64,000 nt of DNA. Origin: Guillardia theta CCMP2712 (taxonomy: Eukaryota > Protista > Cryptophyta). The notes under the pieces are model-generated. The model ran no database searches, was not told the origin of the DNA, and saw only the letters and a list, made by a program, of their open reading frames with translations. The stretch spans positions 84,002 to 148,001 of the forward strand of contig NW_005434558.1 of NCBI RefSeq assembly GCF_000315625.1, in the 5' to 3' direction. A program made the translations under genes and the position numbers. This document shows positions 27,586-41,799 of the stretch, piece after piece (position 1 is the stretch's first letter; each line of letters starts with the position of its first letter).

Positions 27586-28249
27586 AGATGAAAGAAACAA
27601 ACACGATAAGGCGATGAGTAGAAATGTGTCGATACCAATAATCTGCATCAGTTCAAGTTCATTTCATGTTGCTCCTCCTTTCTCCCACTCCTTGTCTCAT
27701 AGTCCCGCGTTTTCACCACGAGCGGCTGGCGGAGGAGAAGTAGGGGGCCTGCAGTTACAGAATCCATCACCAGCACCTCCTCTTGCTCCTTTCACTGCTC
27801 CTCCTCCTCCTCCTTCGTCCCCTCTCTCTCCCTCCTCCTCCTCCTCCTCCTTCAGCTGCTGCTGTCTCCTCCTTCTCTCATTCCTTCTCCTCCTCTCTCT
27901 CCAGCTGCTGCTGCTATCTCTTGCTCACCTCGTTCGTGCATCTGCTGGTTCGATCTCTTCCAGCCGGAGAGGAAGGTTCGTCAGCTCCTCGTGCTCGGTT
28001 GCATTTTGTGAAGTTTCGTCAGGCAGAGCTGAGTTGCTCCCGTCCTGTTCATCTCAATCAAGAGGGTAAAACTATGTGAACGACACATGAAATGATGATC
28101 ATCCACCGCTAGTGATGATGATGGAAGCATGATTAATGGTGATGGTGGTGATGGTGGTGATGGTGATGATGAACATGTTGACATACATGAAAGGACAGGA
28201 GGGTCTTTTTGAGCTCGTTCGCCAGATCTTCTCTCGTTCTTCCCCCAAT

Positions 28250-31200
28250 CAGTGGCTTGATGTACCTTGAAACACATCAGCTGGATGGCAATACTTTTTC
28301 CTCGCTCACTTGTCGTCTAATCTCCTCCATATGCGATGCAGTTTGCTTCTGTGCGCTTTTGAACTCTCTTGACTCATCAACTGCACAAGAACCAAGAAAA
28401 AGAAGGAGGAGAAGGGGGCAGGATGAGAAAGAAGGAGCAGAAGGGGGAGAAAGAAGAAGGAAAGAGGAGGAGGGAGGAGGAGGGAGGAAGAGACGCGCTG
28501 TGAGAGGGCTTGAGAAACAAGGAAATCATTCTTATCAACATGATGCGCAAGGTCCAAATGTTCCCTTTCAATGCCTGCAATGTTCTGTTTCAGCTTCATC
28601 GCGTATCTCTCACTCCCATTTCAATCCTCATCCTCCTCCTCCTCCTCCTCCTCCTCCTCCTCCTCCTCATTATCATGTGTGTTATGCAATCACCTGAGTT
28701 TGGAGTCTCATGTTGATACGTGATGAGCGAGTCGATACGGAGAAAGATCGAGCCTCTGCATACGTTCGCATCCCATCACTCGCAACTCGACAAGTTGAGG
28801 TGCAACCTTGTGATTGGCTGAAGGAAGGAAGCGACGAGTCCGCACGGCACCAGTCGCAGGAAGCATGGCGGGAGGAGGAAGTGAGATCGCGTTGCACATG
28901 ACACGCATGATAGAGGAACTCACGTTCGCCCCGTGATCCTGACTGACGAAGGTTGGAATCTTGAGCAGTCGCAGCACAGGAGCTGTTAGCTGTGAGCACA
29001 GGGAGGTCAATCAAGGCAAGAAGGTAGCACGGGAGGAATGTTTCTGACCTGGCCGAGGAACACGTTGGTGAAGAGGATAATAACGACGACGCAAGGGATG
29101 ATGTAAGTTCGGTTGGGGCCTTGGAAGGTGAGGGAGAGGGCGAAGGCAATGGCTCCCCTATTGAACATGACGATGGTCAGCTGATGGATGGAGAATGAGG
29201 GAAAGTGCAAGAGAGAAGCCAGAAGAACATTTTGTTGTTGCTGTTGCTTTTGCTGTTGTTATGAATGGTGGTGGTGGTGGTGGTGGTGGTAATATGATAA
29301 CAATGATGATTTTTTTTTTACCTCAACCCAGCAAACCAGATCATCAACATGTTCTTGAAGCTGATACGAGTTTCTTGTGCGTGACCTGACCTGTGAAGCA
29401 ATGCATAGAATAAGTTGTCTTCTTTTCGGGTTTGGAGTTTGCTCCTGCTCCTGCTCCTGTTACTGCTCCTGCTCCTGCTTCTGCTCCTGCTCCTGCTCCT
29501 GCTCCTGCACCCTTTGCTCTCGTTCCCGCCCTTGCTCTTCCTTCCTTTCTCTTCCGCTCCTCACCTCTTGCAAGTATTGAGCAACCAGCACAAGAAAAAC
29601 ACGTTCGCTCCTGCAACACGTCAATCTCCTCACCTCTCCTCGTCAAGACCGGCACGCAATGACTCACTTGATATCAAACAGAGCACGATTGACCAGCCCA
29701 CGAAGCACCAGTCCAAGACAAACTTCGGTTCTCCCTATGAAATCAAATGGCGTTAGTATCAGTAAACTTTCCTCCTCCTGACTCGCCAACAACCACTCTT
29801 AGCCTTCCTCCCGTTGCTCTCTTCTCCTACCTGCTTGTTGCTGTTGCAGTGAGGTAAGATGGTCGGCAGGATGTTGAAACCAAAGAAGATGAAAACAGAT
29901 GTCTCACTGCGCCGATGAGCTTTCATCATGATCTCCTCAACAGTCATTTTTGCATGCTGTCAACCTCAAGTACGCTAATGTTCGAGCGACGTTGTGAGCT
30001 GTCTCTTTGCCGTCATGGCTGTCGTTGCAAGAATGCAATGCATTCAATTTCACCAACAGAAGTGAAAGTGTTGTATGATTGACAAGATAGAGGGTAGACG
30101 ATGAGAAGTACAATCGTATCATTCATGAGAGAACGAGTAGATGAAAGAAGAGGTAAATGAGGGAACAAGGTGATAAGAAAGAGTTGTGAATGGTCACACC
30201 TGAGGTTGTATTTGGTGTAATGTGACATTATCACTCCGCAGAAGAAGATGCTCATGAGTCCAGAAACCTGACAACACACGTCAGAGGAGCGACGAGAGGA
30301 CAATCAGGACCTTGATAGCGTCGGCAAAGATGAAACTGAGATATGCGACGCTCAACACGATTGTGACCTGCCAGTTGGAGGGGGAGCAATTAACGCAGCG
30401 GTAGAAACAACATTGAAAGCAACACATTGGATGTACACAACTAATGTTCGGAATAAGATTGACAAACACCTCGAGTAGAGATGGATCTTTAGTACAGACG
30501 TCTCAAACACAAAATCTGGCATAAACAAGGAGGCGATCATATCCAGAACAAACTTCATGCTCATCCAAAACAATCTTCCCACTTAAAAACATCTCACTCA
30601 CACTGGTATGTTCACGTCCTTACCTCACTGTGCGGAGCTCCATCCTTGATGACCCTCTTTGTGATAAATGCCGACAGCATCCCAAACAAGGCCCCGACCA
30701 CCACAGATCCGATAGACTGAAGGCTGGCGGTCAACGAGACTGACACTGAAGCTAGCAAGCGACAGAGCAGGGAGTCTCACAACGATAAGGAAGTTGACGA
30801 AAGCGTCCAAGGCCTGCCAATGGCGGGATAAGCTCAAGACAACTGAAATGATCCCTGGCTGACATCCTCGTCTCTAGAGCTACAGAATCGTGCAATGACT
30901 CTTTCCTTCTGTGACAAATTCTCCCACCCACCCTCCCACCCTCTTCCTTTCCTGCTCCTCACCTCCCATTCATTCTCTCTCTCTCTCTCTCTCTCTNNNN
31001 NNNNNNNNNNNNNNNNNNNNNNNNNNNNNNNNNNNNNNNNNNNNNNNNNNNNNNNNNNNNNNNNNNNNNNNNNNNNNNNNNNNNNNNNNNNNNNNNNNNN
31101 NNNNNNNNNNNNNNNNNNNNNNNNNNNNNNNNNNNNNNNNNNNNNNNNNNNNNNNNNNNNNNNNNNNNNNNNNNNNNNNNNNNNNNNNNNNNNNNNNNNN

Positions 31201-33215
31201 NNNNNNNNNNNNNNNNNNNNNNNNNNNNNNNNNNNNNNNNNNNNNNNNNNNNNNNNNNNNNNNNNNNNNNNNNNNNNNNNNNNNNNNNNNNNNNNNNNNN
31301 NNNNNNNNNNNNNNNNNNNNNNNNNNNNNNNNNNNNNNNNNNNNNNNNNNNNNNNNNNNNNNNNNNNNNNNNNNNNNNNNNNNNNNNNNNNNNNNNNNNN
31401 NNNNNNNNNNNNNNNNNNNNNNNNNNNNNNNNNNNNNNNNNNNNNNNNNNNNNNNNNNNNNNNNNNNNNNNNNNNNNNNNNNNNNNNNNNNNNNNNNNNN
31501 NNNNNNNNNNNNNNNNNNNNNNNNNNNNNNNNNNNNNNNNNNNNNNNNNNNNNNNNNNNNNNNNNNNNNNNNNNNNNNNNNNNNNNNNNNNNNNNNNNNN
31601 NNNNNNNNNNNNNNNNNNNNNNNNNNNNNNNNNNNNNNNNNNNNNNNNNNNNNNNNNNNNNNNNNNNNNNNNNNNNNNNNNNNNNNNNNNNNNNNNNNNN
31701 NNNNNNNNNNNNNNNNNNNNNNNNNNNNNNNNNNNNNNNNNNNNNNNNNNNNNNNNNNNNNNNNNNNNNNNNNNNNNNNNNNNNNNNNNNNNNNNNNNNN
31801 NNNNNNNNNNNNNNNNNNNNNNNNNNNNNNNNNNNNNNNNNNNNNNNNNNNNNNNNNTCTCTCTCTCTCTCTCACTAGCTTGCCAGCCAGCCAGCCTTCT
31901 CCCCCAACCTGTCTCTGTCTCCGTTTCTATTTCTGTCTAAAAGTCTTCCAACCCTCGCGGTTTCCTTGGACCTCACTGCCTCTGTCTCTCGTCTCTCAAC
32001 TCACCTGCGAGGAGGAGATTGAGATGTCATTCCCGTCCGGCAGGCTCAAAAACCTTCATCGCACATCAGCACACTCGGCCGAAATGACAGGCGGCAAGGC
32101 ACACACGTCTGAAACAGCACCACCGCTACAGCATCGTTGATCACGCTCTCCCCGAACACAATGGAGTACAACTGTGTATCGACGTCTAGAGATCCCATCA
32201 CTGCCAGCGTGCCTGTCGACACGAGTCACTCTGGAGCCTTAGGGAAACATGTAAGAATCTCAACCGATCGGGTCAGTAGCGCTCATCATACTACCAAACA
32301 ACAACCCTTCCTTAGGGTTCTGGCCGTTGATGCCCTTGATGTAGTTTTCCTTGGCCAAGAAAAACAGCCCTGCGTTGATGCGCAGACCTTAACAAGAGCA
32401 CGCGAATAAATCGAGCAACAAACCCAATCCAAGGATGAAGGTAGAAAGCAGAGTCCCACACACAGCCAGCGTGCAGATCGCAGCGAAGTTCTTGAAAAAG
32501 TCTTTCTGATTGAGAGCGAAACTGCTTCAATGTCATCGCAGAAGACACAGGGGAGCAAGATCCCACCCTGCTTCAAAGAGGATGGGAGGCACGAGGAATA
32601 AGAAGAAAACAGTGTCGAAGGACCCTGAAGGTAATCCCGATCAACAGCCCCGCACGTTCAAGTGGAAGCTTGCACCATGTATGGACGAGTAGTTCTCTCC
32701 ACACAGAGGAAGTGAGGCCAGAAATCCCAGGGAGATTGCGATCAGAGAATCATTCGTGTACCTGCACTCCCGTTATCAAACAATCCATCCACCCTCTCTC
32801 CTCACCAGTAGTCATTGTTCAATTTCTGGTTAGGAGACAATTTTCGTGCATCGCATCACAATCAGCACAGAGATTTGATGCACAGGACCATGGGTTCAGC
32901 ACCTGCGCCAGGTTCCCCAGGATCGTTGATAGGAGCACAAGGGAAGTAAATCCAGCCGTCACCTGCCAACCATTCTCATGACCTCCTCGTGCCATCCCCA
33001 TCGCGGACCTTGCTCGTGTTGATATCAATCACATCGTCACCTCCAGGGGCTGGTGTTGCTCCGGGCGTTTGTTGCAGCCAATCAAGCATAGGTTGTGCAG
33101 AGAGAGACAAAAAGACAGTGAAGTTTCTCAAGGTACTACCCTGCACCCTGCGTGCCCATGTGTCAGGGATTACGACTATTTGCTGGTCTGGAGGCGGGAG
33201 CCAAGGCATTCGCAA
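28250..33215 (-). CDS. Na+/H+ exchanger, CPA1 (NHX/NHE) family (many introns; boundaries approximate)
   Basis: Exons FTSLVLLSTILGNL, FFLFLVPPILFEAG, YSIVFGESVIND, SGLMSIFFCGVIMSHYTKYNL, RGAIAFALSL...VVVIILFTNVFLGQ. Confidence 0.88.
30997..31857. other. assembly gap (N run) at an intronic (CT)n repeat
   Basis: N run flanked by ctctct. Confidence 0.99.
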
Positions 33216-33599
33216 ATGTGAAAGGGAGAATCATCTTTCAAAGTATAGATCACACACAATCATATCAAGAGTTATTGTGATCTTTCCTGTGCAATCGATT
33301 TGTTGGAACACACACATAGCAATGGTACTTCCATTGATAAGATATTCCACGCACAGCTACTCGATGAGTTTGTCTTTCAACGGGTACGGATCTGAAATGT
33401 TTTTCAAGATTGCTCCTTGTATCATTGCCTTCGTCTTCTTTCCTACCGGGACATCGGTATATCTCGCTATGCTCTCGTTCCCTGTACTTCTCTTTCACCC
33501 TAAATTCGCTGCTCTTCCTCCCTTCGAACCTCTCTTTAATGTATGTTTCTATCCTCATTCTTCTTTGAATGTGTCATTCTGCCTCTGCAGTTTCAGAAT

Positions 33600-36500
33600 C
33601 TCCTCGCGTCTCTACCCACCACCGACACACTCCCTGAGGACCTTGCATTGATTCCGTCCCACCAAAGCAGAGCACCCCTACCCCCATCGCCCCCCAAAAC
33701 GACGATCCCCTACATCCTTTCCCACACCCCACCCCTGGGATGCCCAGTTCTAACATTCTTCGACTCTTTTCAGTACACAGAATCAATAGTTTTATTTTGA
33801 AAATAGAACTATAATTTATTTCTCATATTCAATGTACCCACCATTCGAGACATGATTTATCAAGACCACCACTACTTCAATGACCCCACCCCCTCATTTC
33901 CCTACGTCTGCTCATACGGAAACTGGTGCCTCATCCCCTCCTGCACCCGGCGAAAGATTGTACCTGTGACCACATCCCCGCGCACAATTGAAATTTGACT
34001 CAAACAATTTCAAGCTCGCCTCAGGGTTTCCAGTACACAGAAATGGCTTCCTGGCAGCAGCGGAAAGCTGAATCATCCTGTCTTGAACACCACACCCACG
34101 ACTATGGCCAGTATGAAACAATTCCTCTTGTAGAGAGAATTGATTCTATTCGCTTCCAACTGCAACTGGATCGGACAGTCTCGATGAATGAGGTGATTCG
34201 TCAAGGGTACTCTCTTCTTGATGAGCCCGTTTGCGACACTACACCGTTATTCATCAGGGTGAACAAGCTGTATTGCACTTTGTGTCCTACCACTGCTTCC
34301 AGGCGGCTTGCAAAACCACGTGACCTCCTGCATACTTCAGATTCTACTGCCAAACCCTCGGGGTCACCCCTTGGAGTCGCCGAAAGCAGGCCCTCCGCCT
34401 TATTGACGCCGACAACAGACATTATCGTTCATGATACTGCTTCCATGGGTCATGAAAAACCTCGTGACGTTCAGCAGCAGATGTCAGCATCGACTGCTGG
34501 CTCCCCGGAAATCACATTCTCCGACGGTTCCTCCTCGATCTTCAACGATCACCCTGAGTGCTCATCTCCTTCTGGTCGGCACAGCACGGCGGATTCAGGG
34601 CAGGGTGTTGACGCAGTTTCCCAAGGCAGCCTGCTTCTGAATCATGCTGACTTGTTCACCGGCAAGGTATGGGAGAGTAGGCAACAATGCACTGCTTACA
34701 TCAAAGGTGTAAACTTCGAGTTCTGCAACAGAGGGGTTCGTTGCATTCCAAATTTTCAGGCGCTCTTTGAAACATATACCCTACAGTGCCTTTCGCCCAA
34801 GTGCAGGTAAATTTCCACCGTCCTTCATTGCAAAAGCTTGACCAACATGGCACCACCTTTGCAGATACAGAGTCGTAGTGAAAAAATCGCGCAGTACAGT
34901 ACCTCTTTTCACTGTCAACATTCAAGATAGCCATCTGCAGCACGATGAGTACATGTGCACGTTCTCTGGCAAAGCTTCTGTGAAGTTCCTGCTTGAATTC
35001 CATCCCTTTCGAGAAATGATCTCAATGTCATCTGGAAGCACAAGTGGTGGTAGCAAGAGAATGACGGTGAAGGAACTATTGCGTCAGCTCAAAGCATCCC
35101 ATGGTATTGATTCCTCCCCTGCCAACGTTTCGAAAGCACGGTATCTCCTCGAATATGGTACTTGGGAACAGTACGAAGAAACCTTCAAAATCTTACCGAA
35201 TTCTTCAAGTGATAAAAGCTTTCGAGGAGCTTTCCAAGCAAACGGTGCCATACTTCGCATGCCATCGCACGGGGAAAAAGGCAAGGAAATCTCAAAAAGA
35301 CAAGGATCGAAAAGAAAACGGGTCCATGATGGCAAACAAGTTGTCCTTCGCAACGAAGAAGGAACGATCCGACTTCAAGGGGAAGCAGTGCCAGGGTTTG
35401 TGGATGGCAAATTTTACACAGTCAATGGAAACTTGAAGAAGACGTGTAAAAGATGTAAAGCTATCGGACATAACAAGCGTTCGTGCATAACAGACGATGC
35501 TGAGATCTCTTGACTGGCAATGACGGTATGCCGACAGCAGAATGCGCATATCTGCAGGAAATATTCATTGGATTGGATCCCGTGGTGGTAAACCAAGTGA
35601 AGACCATGGTCTCTTCGGGCAAACACAAGATTTCCAAGACGGACATGACATCGGAAGACCTGGATGCAGTGATGGATGGCAGATGGTTGAAAGGAGACAT
35701 CATAGATGCATTTTTGTGCGTCATCGAGGCACGACAGGCATCAGGAATCAGGGTGCACTGCTGTGGGACATACTTGTACACCAAATTGATTCAGGAAATC
35801 GCCCACTCTGGAGATGCAGATAAGGTGCGCGAACAAAGTGACGTGCCGGTGATGATTGGAGTATGCCAGATCACATCCTTGCAGGTGACAAATTCCATGC
35901 ACGCTGATTGCCGCAAGTGGATGAATCATATATGGTGGCCAACCACGGACATCGTGTTGATTCCTATATTCTCTGTGCAACTGGCGAGCAGGATGGAAGG
36001 TGACGTTAGAGGCAGCGAACTCCCAAGTAAGGAGAGAAGGGGAGGAGTACTCCGAGAACAGGAGCATTGGGGTCTCGTTGCCATAGATCTGAGATCAGCT
36101 TGTCATGTGGCAATCACGTAATGAAACTATCACTGAGCAGCAACATAGAGTATCATTGATTGTTGTTACCAGGTTATATGACTCTATGAAAGTCATGCAC
36201 AAGGATTGTACCAAGGACATAGAAAGTGAGACATGTATGTTGTACGCATCGGATTGTCGCTGATGCAAGTACGTGCAACGCGCAGGTTTTGTGGTAATGG
36301 AATGGCAGCGTCAAATGAATGAAGCTGAATCTACCGGAAACCAGCTATTGGCAGCATGGATGAAACTGAAACTGAGTGTTGAGTGGAAACATGAGTACTC
36401 GTTTACGTCAGATAAGGTGACAAGCTGAGTTGCCGAATGGCGAGTTGTACACACTGATCCCGGACACAGGTACCGCAACAGTCAGACGGATCGTCGTGCG

Positions 36501-37020
36501 GAGTATTTGTATGTGCGATAGCGGATTGTATAGCATCGGGCCGCAACCCAGCGACGAGTTTTTGTCAGAAGGATATACCTAACATTCGCATGCGAATAGG
36601 CAGTCTGCTGAGAGAAGTGTATCGTAGCGGTGGCGGTGCAAGTATACAGTGAAACGCAACTTGACGCAAGCAAGAAATTTCGATCATAGTTTGACGGGCC
36701 CATCGATGTCAGAGGAGAGTCTGTCAAGTTTTCTCTCACAAGTCAATCATGTGGAATGGAGGCTGAGCAAGAATATAGAGGAGGGTGGGGTGATTATCAT
36801 AGAAAATAGGGGGTATCCGAAACTGGGGGTAGTGCTGGTTACGTGTTGCGGACGTAGAAGGGGACAGGGGTGGGGGTCCTACTTTTTCATACCAATTTAC
36901 TGGACAACCAGGGGTAGGCTAGCGGGAGTTGGCTTTTGGCGGAGAAAGGGGGGTGGGGGGTTGCATTACCTGGATCAAAGGGGCGGATACAAAATGGGCG
37001 AGCTATGAGCTGGGAGGGAG
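33600..37020 (+). mobile_element. putative Mutator-like (MULE) element, probably non-autonomous, carrying a Ulp1 protease
   Basis: MuDR-like N-terminal segment (LFTGKVWESRQQCTAYIK...C...C...H..MC; WEQYEETFKILP), C-terminal CX2CX4HX4C knuckle (CKRCKAIGHNKRSC), then a Ulp1/C48 domain. C-rich left and G-rich right flanks. Confidence 0.55.
35510..36690 (+). CDS. Ulp1/SENP-family (C48) cysteine protease domain (spliced)
   Basis: EDLDAVMDGRWLKGDIIDAFL, IVLIPI, EHWGLVAID (catalytic His), YDSM, VPQQSDGSSCGVFVC (Gln oxyanion residue and catalytic Cys). Confidence 0.82.
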
Positions 37021-37241
37021 GGATCTACAGGGAGGAGTGGGCGGAGCAGGAGCAGGCAGACAGGCGGGAAGCAAGGCACAAAACCAATTCTTGAAGAGAT
37101 AGAAAGGACGCGAAACAGGAAGAAAAGATCAAGGCCGTCTTTGATCAGTCTTGATGCTTCACAGAAATGTGTTTTATCCTACCGAGAGAAATACATGCCC
37201 TTGATTTTCCTTGCTTTGACGGAATTGTTTCAGAGTCAATC

Positions 37242-38200
37242 ATGTCGGATGCTCCAATGGATCCTTCTCCTTCAGGAGGAAACTCAGCTCTTCTATTCCT
37301 GACAAGTAACTAGTCAATGTGTGTGTTTGACGTTGTCTTGATATAGGCTTGTCCAATGTTTTTGTATCAGATTCTAGGTCAACTTGTTTGTGCAGACTTT
37401 CCCCCTTCTTGTAGTTGCGATATCATGCTGATTTGCACCTTAGGTCCCATCCTCAAGTTTCTTGTGGATCGTCAGCAAGCTGATCAAGGTGTAGCGGGCA
37501 TACTGCGACTTGAAACCTTACATGGCTCACTGCAGCCAATACCCACCAAAGCCAAGAGGATAAAAAGATAGTGTTCTGGCCTTTTGCAGTGGCTGGTGGT
37601 GTGCTCTTTGGCCTTGGAATCTACGGCAAGCAGAAGCCCCGTGTTTGAATAAGATTGTTTGACTTCAATCGCAGGAGGACATGCTTTTATGAGCGGAAAG
37701 ATCAATTCTTCAGCAGCCGAAAGCGAAGCTCCGGTCGCTAGCCACAAGGTACTTCATTGCTACCCTAAGAAAGCCCTGTAACCGGCCATGTTCACATGGT
37801 ATAGAAACTGAACTTCCAGTCCAAACTTGCTGAAAAGCCGATTAGTCCTGAAAACCGTCGGTTGGCTCTCCGAACAGCCTCTGCCGCGTGAGCGAATTAT
37901 CTTTTACCATAATCCTATTCCTCTCTTACTTTCGAAAAGGCTTGGTCTTGGCACCCTCCTCGCTTGTAGTGGCGCATTTGTCTGTGTCAAGCTCACGTAC
38001 TGGTACCTTGGCATCAATAATGCACAGGATTTTGCCGCATACATGCGAAGGTGAATGCTTTCATATTTCTCTATGCGAACGTCTCCTCTTGTGACGATTC
38101 TCGACGTCCAGCCGTCTGCCGTCTCAGCTAGGACAAGTAACATCATACACGAAGATAGTGGAGAAGAAAGAGTCCCTCACTACCTGGTTCAGAGAAGGTC
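37242..38200 (+). CDS. small spliced membrane protein, possibly TMEM242/DUF1358-like
   Basis: Exons ..RRLALRTASAA|LGLGTLLACSGAFVCVKLTYWYLGINNAQDFAAYMR resemble the ALRALGWGTL.A....W..LGV.S..DF motif. Weak, by-eye match. Confidence 0.35.
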
Positions 38201-38809
38201 AGACAAGTCTAAGCCTTCGTGCTGCGGTGATGTGCATCGTAGTTGACTTATTGTCAGAGCTAGGAATGGGAAAGTATCTGGATGATAAAGAATGTCAGAG
38301 GAGAGTCAATGAAGCAAAGGTAATGCACGGGGAGGAGGGGCAACCAGATCCTTTGCAGCTGCTTGGTATGGTGATGCTGTTGTGCAGGCCATACATAAAA
38401 AGGGGCTCATCACTGAGCGAGAACTGGAGATTGAGATATCAAAAATCATGTTGAAGCAGGATGCATGAAAAAACGGTTTCCGATTGAGGGGATCACGATG
38501 CTCGACTAGGTTTATAGTGATCGGAAAAATGAGGAGCGTGACATGGCCCTTCCCTTCAAGGCTTGGATTGCTGGACTACAGACTTTGGCAGGATCCCCCG
38601 GCCGCCGATCGCAAAGTGGGAAGTGGTTGGCAACCTCGGCTCCTCGGATTGTCGCGGTAGTGACGTGGGCCCGCTCTTCCGTCAGTGCGGGGAGTTGGCC
38701 TTGCAACACCGGACGGAACGCCCGGGCCATTGTTCCGAGGCTAATATTTCTGAGACTGCATCGCCGAATTCAAGTGTCCGATCCTGTGCATCATAATTGA
38801 TTCAAGTGA

Positions 38810-39620
38810 CTTCGATCGGATGCTGTAGACCGGCGAGCCGGGGGTTCACTCAGTCTCAGTCACGGGCCTGCCAGGCTGGGGACGGTGGCTTTACTAGCCG
38901 CCAATTGATCATCATCGGAACCTGACCGACCTGGAACTTGCGTGACCGTACACTTAAGTTAGAGTCGCTCAGCCTGCGTTTTACTTGTGCAACTTACATT
39001 CATGGAATGATTGAAATGTTTCTCGCTTCTGTATCCTGAAGAGTCTGACAGTGAGCCGCCTGAGCTGAGCCGCCGCCGTTCCAGTCACGGTAACATTTGG
39101 TCGGCACTTCAAGCAGTTCCTGATGATGGACCTGCTGCTGAGGTCTTGGCTCGCAAACTTGAACGCGCGGCCACCTCGGAGTACCAGCCGCTGAGCGCCT
39201 CACCGTATGGCTGGCAGCTGACGCTGGACTCGAGGCGCTCCTGTCTGGTGCGAGGCGCATGACTCCCTTACCGTGAAACTTGCCAGGTCGGACAGCCTGC
39301 CGGCACTGCGGCGCCGCGGTCATCCGATCGATGTCGCCGGGACAATTTCGTGATTTGGAACTCGGAGGCTGAAAATTGTATGGGGGATCGGAGAGTCGGA
39401 GACATTTTCAGATTTTCGCCTTGGGTAGTAATAAGTAGTACCACCCCACCCTTTCGACAGATTTACCTTAAGCACCCCCACTATCTATTCCTCAATATCT
39501 TCATGCACGGGTCCATTTGTATTCCAAGTACCTACCGCTTGAACCCTTTTGAGGACCCCTTCCTTTGATACTACCCCTGAAGTAGGACTCCGGTTTGTAC
39601 CTAATCGACTTTCTTTACCA
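38810..39620. repeat. GC-rich island plus TACCACCCCACCC-motif segment
   Basis: Same composition and motifs as 11350-12920 and 60760-61660. Confidence 0.45.
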
Positions 39621-41799
39621 CGAGCTGACAGCAGATGTACCCGAAAGTACTCCTTTTCACAATGACCACGAGAAGAAACAATGTTAAAAAATTCAAGAAT
39701 TTACATAAAATTGTTTTAGAATCTATAGTATTTATTGAATTTCTACCATGATTCCTTCGGAGCCCGGAAAATCCCGCCTCCTTCAGTACGGCCTATATTG
39801 AAAAGTCTTTATATTAGTGGGACTGGTACATGGTGATTTGGCTCACCACGTATGTATTACTCCTTTTGTGGCAGCTCATTATAATCTGTACCCCACTTCG
39901 GGATTTGGAAGTCATTTACAAACTTTTATATCCTATATAATATTATTTTTCGTCTATACATGTTTGTTGAGTATTTGTATAATTGCATTTACGTAAAAAA
40001 GGTTGTCGGACGGACCCCGAACTCCTGCCGCAGCCTCCCCATCTCCACCATCGCTTCTCCCTCCTCTCCCCCCTCCCTTCCCTCCTCCCTCCTCCTCCTC
40101 CTCGTCGATCACTGCTCGATCGCTTTCTGAGTCGCTCCGTGTGAACTCCCATTGGACTCTGCTGTCCTGTTTGCTGTACTCGTTATCGACTTTGCAGCGA
40201 ATTGAAGGACTGCTCGTAGACATAGTCGCATATCATTTCGAGACCCTTTAAGGGGCAGTCAACGCGGAAATTCCACAGTTTCAAGGACTAAATAATATTC
40301 GGACGTGTGTTTCGAGAATTTCCTACGCAGTGTATAGAACTCTTCAATCTTCTTCATACCAGATCGTTAATTGAACCTCACAAATAGAAACCTTACTTCG
40401 GACAAATAAGATGCAGAGCACAAACATATCTTTTCCTCCAGAATTTGTCAAAAAAGTCGGGCTTTCAAGATTGCCCAAAACTTCCTTGAATTTTGAAATC
40501 AATGTGATGGATCAGTGGGATTCATATCAGACTGAACGAGAGCAGCCACCGAGGAATGTGCAGAATTCTTCCATGGAGCTTTGCAAGTGTGGGAGCAGTA
40601 CGATGTTATATGACGATTCTGATGATGAGCTGGAAAGTTGTGCGAGTATTTACAGAAAGCAGAAACTGTAGCAAAATATCTTCTCTTGATGCTGTTATAG
40701 GGGGTTGCCGCCATTGCAATATTCTTTCGAATGTCTATAGATTTTTTCTCATGTTGATAAAAGCACTTCTATCGTGGCTTGCGTTCAAGTCCATGTCTCC
40801 TAGACCTTTGTTCGTATTTCCTACAACTTCATCACAGCCCCTCTCCCTCTCAGTCGTCCCGAAGCCTCTGCAGAGGTTGCTTTCAAGTGAAGAAAACTCA
40901 AACAAGGTCATCGAATTGTTGAATTACTCGTTTCTCCCGCTTGCCCCTGGCTGCTTGTTACTCATTTTCCTCTCCTTCCCTAAGTCCCTCAGTCTTCTCA
41001 ACTCTACGATATCGTCCACATCTCCTGTTTCCTTTCTCAGCCTCCTCCCCAGACCGCTCTTTCCCTTTCCCCTTTGCGCCGTCCACAGTTCCCCACTCCC
41101 CTCATCCGATCACCCGGATCCTCATCTCACCTCACCTCATCTCACCTCATCTCATCTCACCTCATCTCATCTCATCTCACCTCTCTTCTCCTCCGATCAT
41201 GATGTATGGTTCCTCACGTACACCAGAACAAGTCATGAAGGCAGTACTAGCACTACTTGCGACGGCAGTGCCCGAACGCCTCTGTAGCGATTTCATAGCA
41301 TCTTCGAAGTTTTAAATTAGACAGGGAATTTTCAGGAACTTGGGTTGAAAATGCCGCAAAGTATCCTATGCAATGCGAGGGGCGGCGATGACGCTGGCGG
41401 GCGGCCTGCATGGATCATGTGAAGATATGCTAACGCGTTTCCACCTCTACATGCTTTATCCTCATTCTTTTCAATTCCTTCCCTCTTCTCTCCCCTCCGT
41501 CATCCTCCTTTGCCCGTGCTGTCCTACTCCTTACTCCCATTTCTGCTATTTGCCATCCTTCTCCGTCCGTTCTACTACTTCTCCAAGGCATTTAATGATC
41601 TTTTCCTTCCACTGCCATTCACCAGCCTTTTTCTCCCTTTCTCTCCCAGCCCTTGTCTCGCAAGCTCCAATCCGTACGACCCTTTGTTCCCTCTTTCGCA
41701 CACCGACAACCTCCAAGATACCCCCTGACCCTGCTCCATCTCGCATGGCAGCCTTTGAAGTCCTTCCCATTCATTAGGAAACTGATCTCTTCAACCTTG

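Noticed and set aside
30895-32140. Long ORFs of X residues
   Set aside because: Artefacts of the N gap.
40411-41287. Short ORFs in the 40-41 kb region
   Set aside because: No recognisable domain or convincing splice structure.
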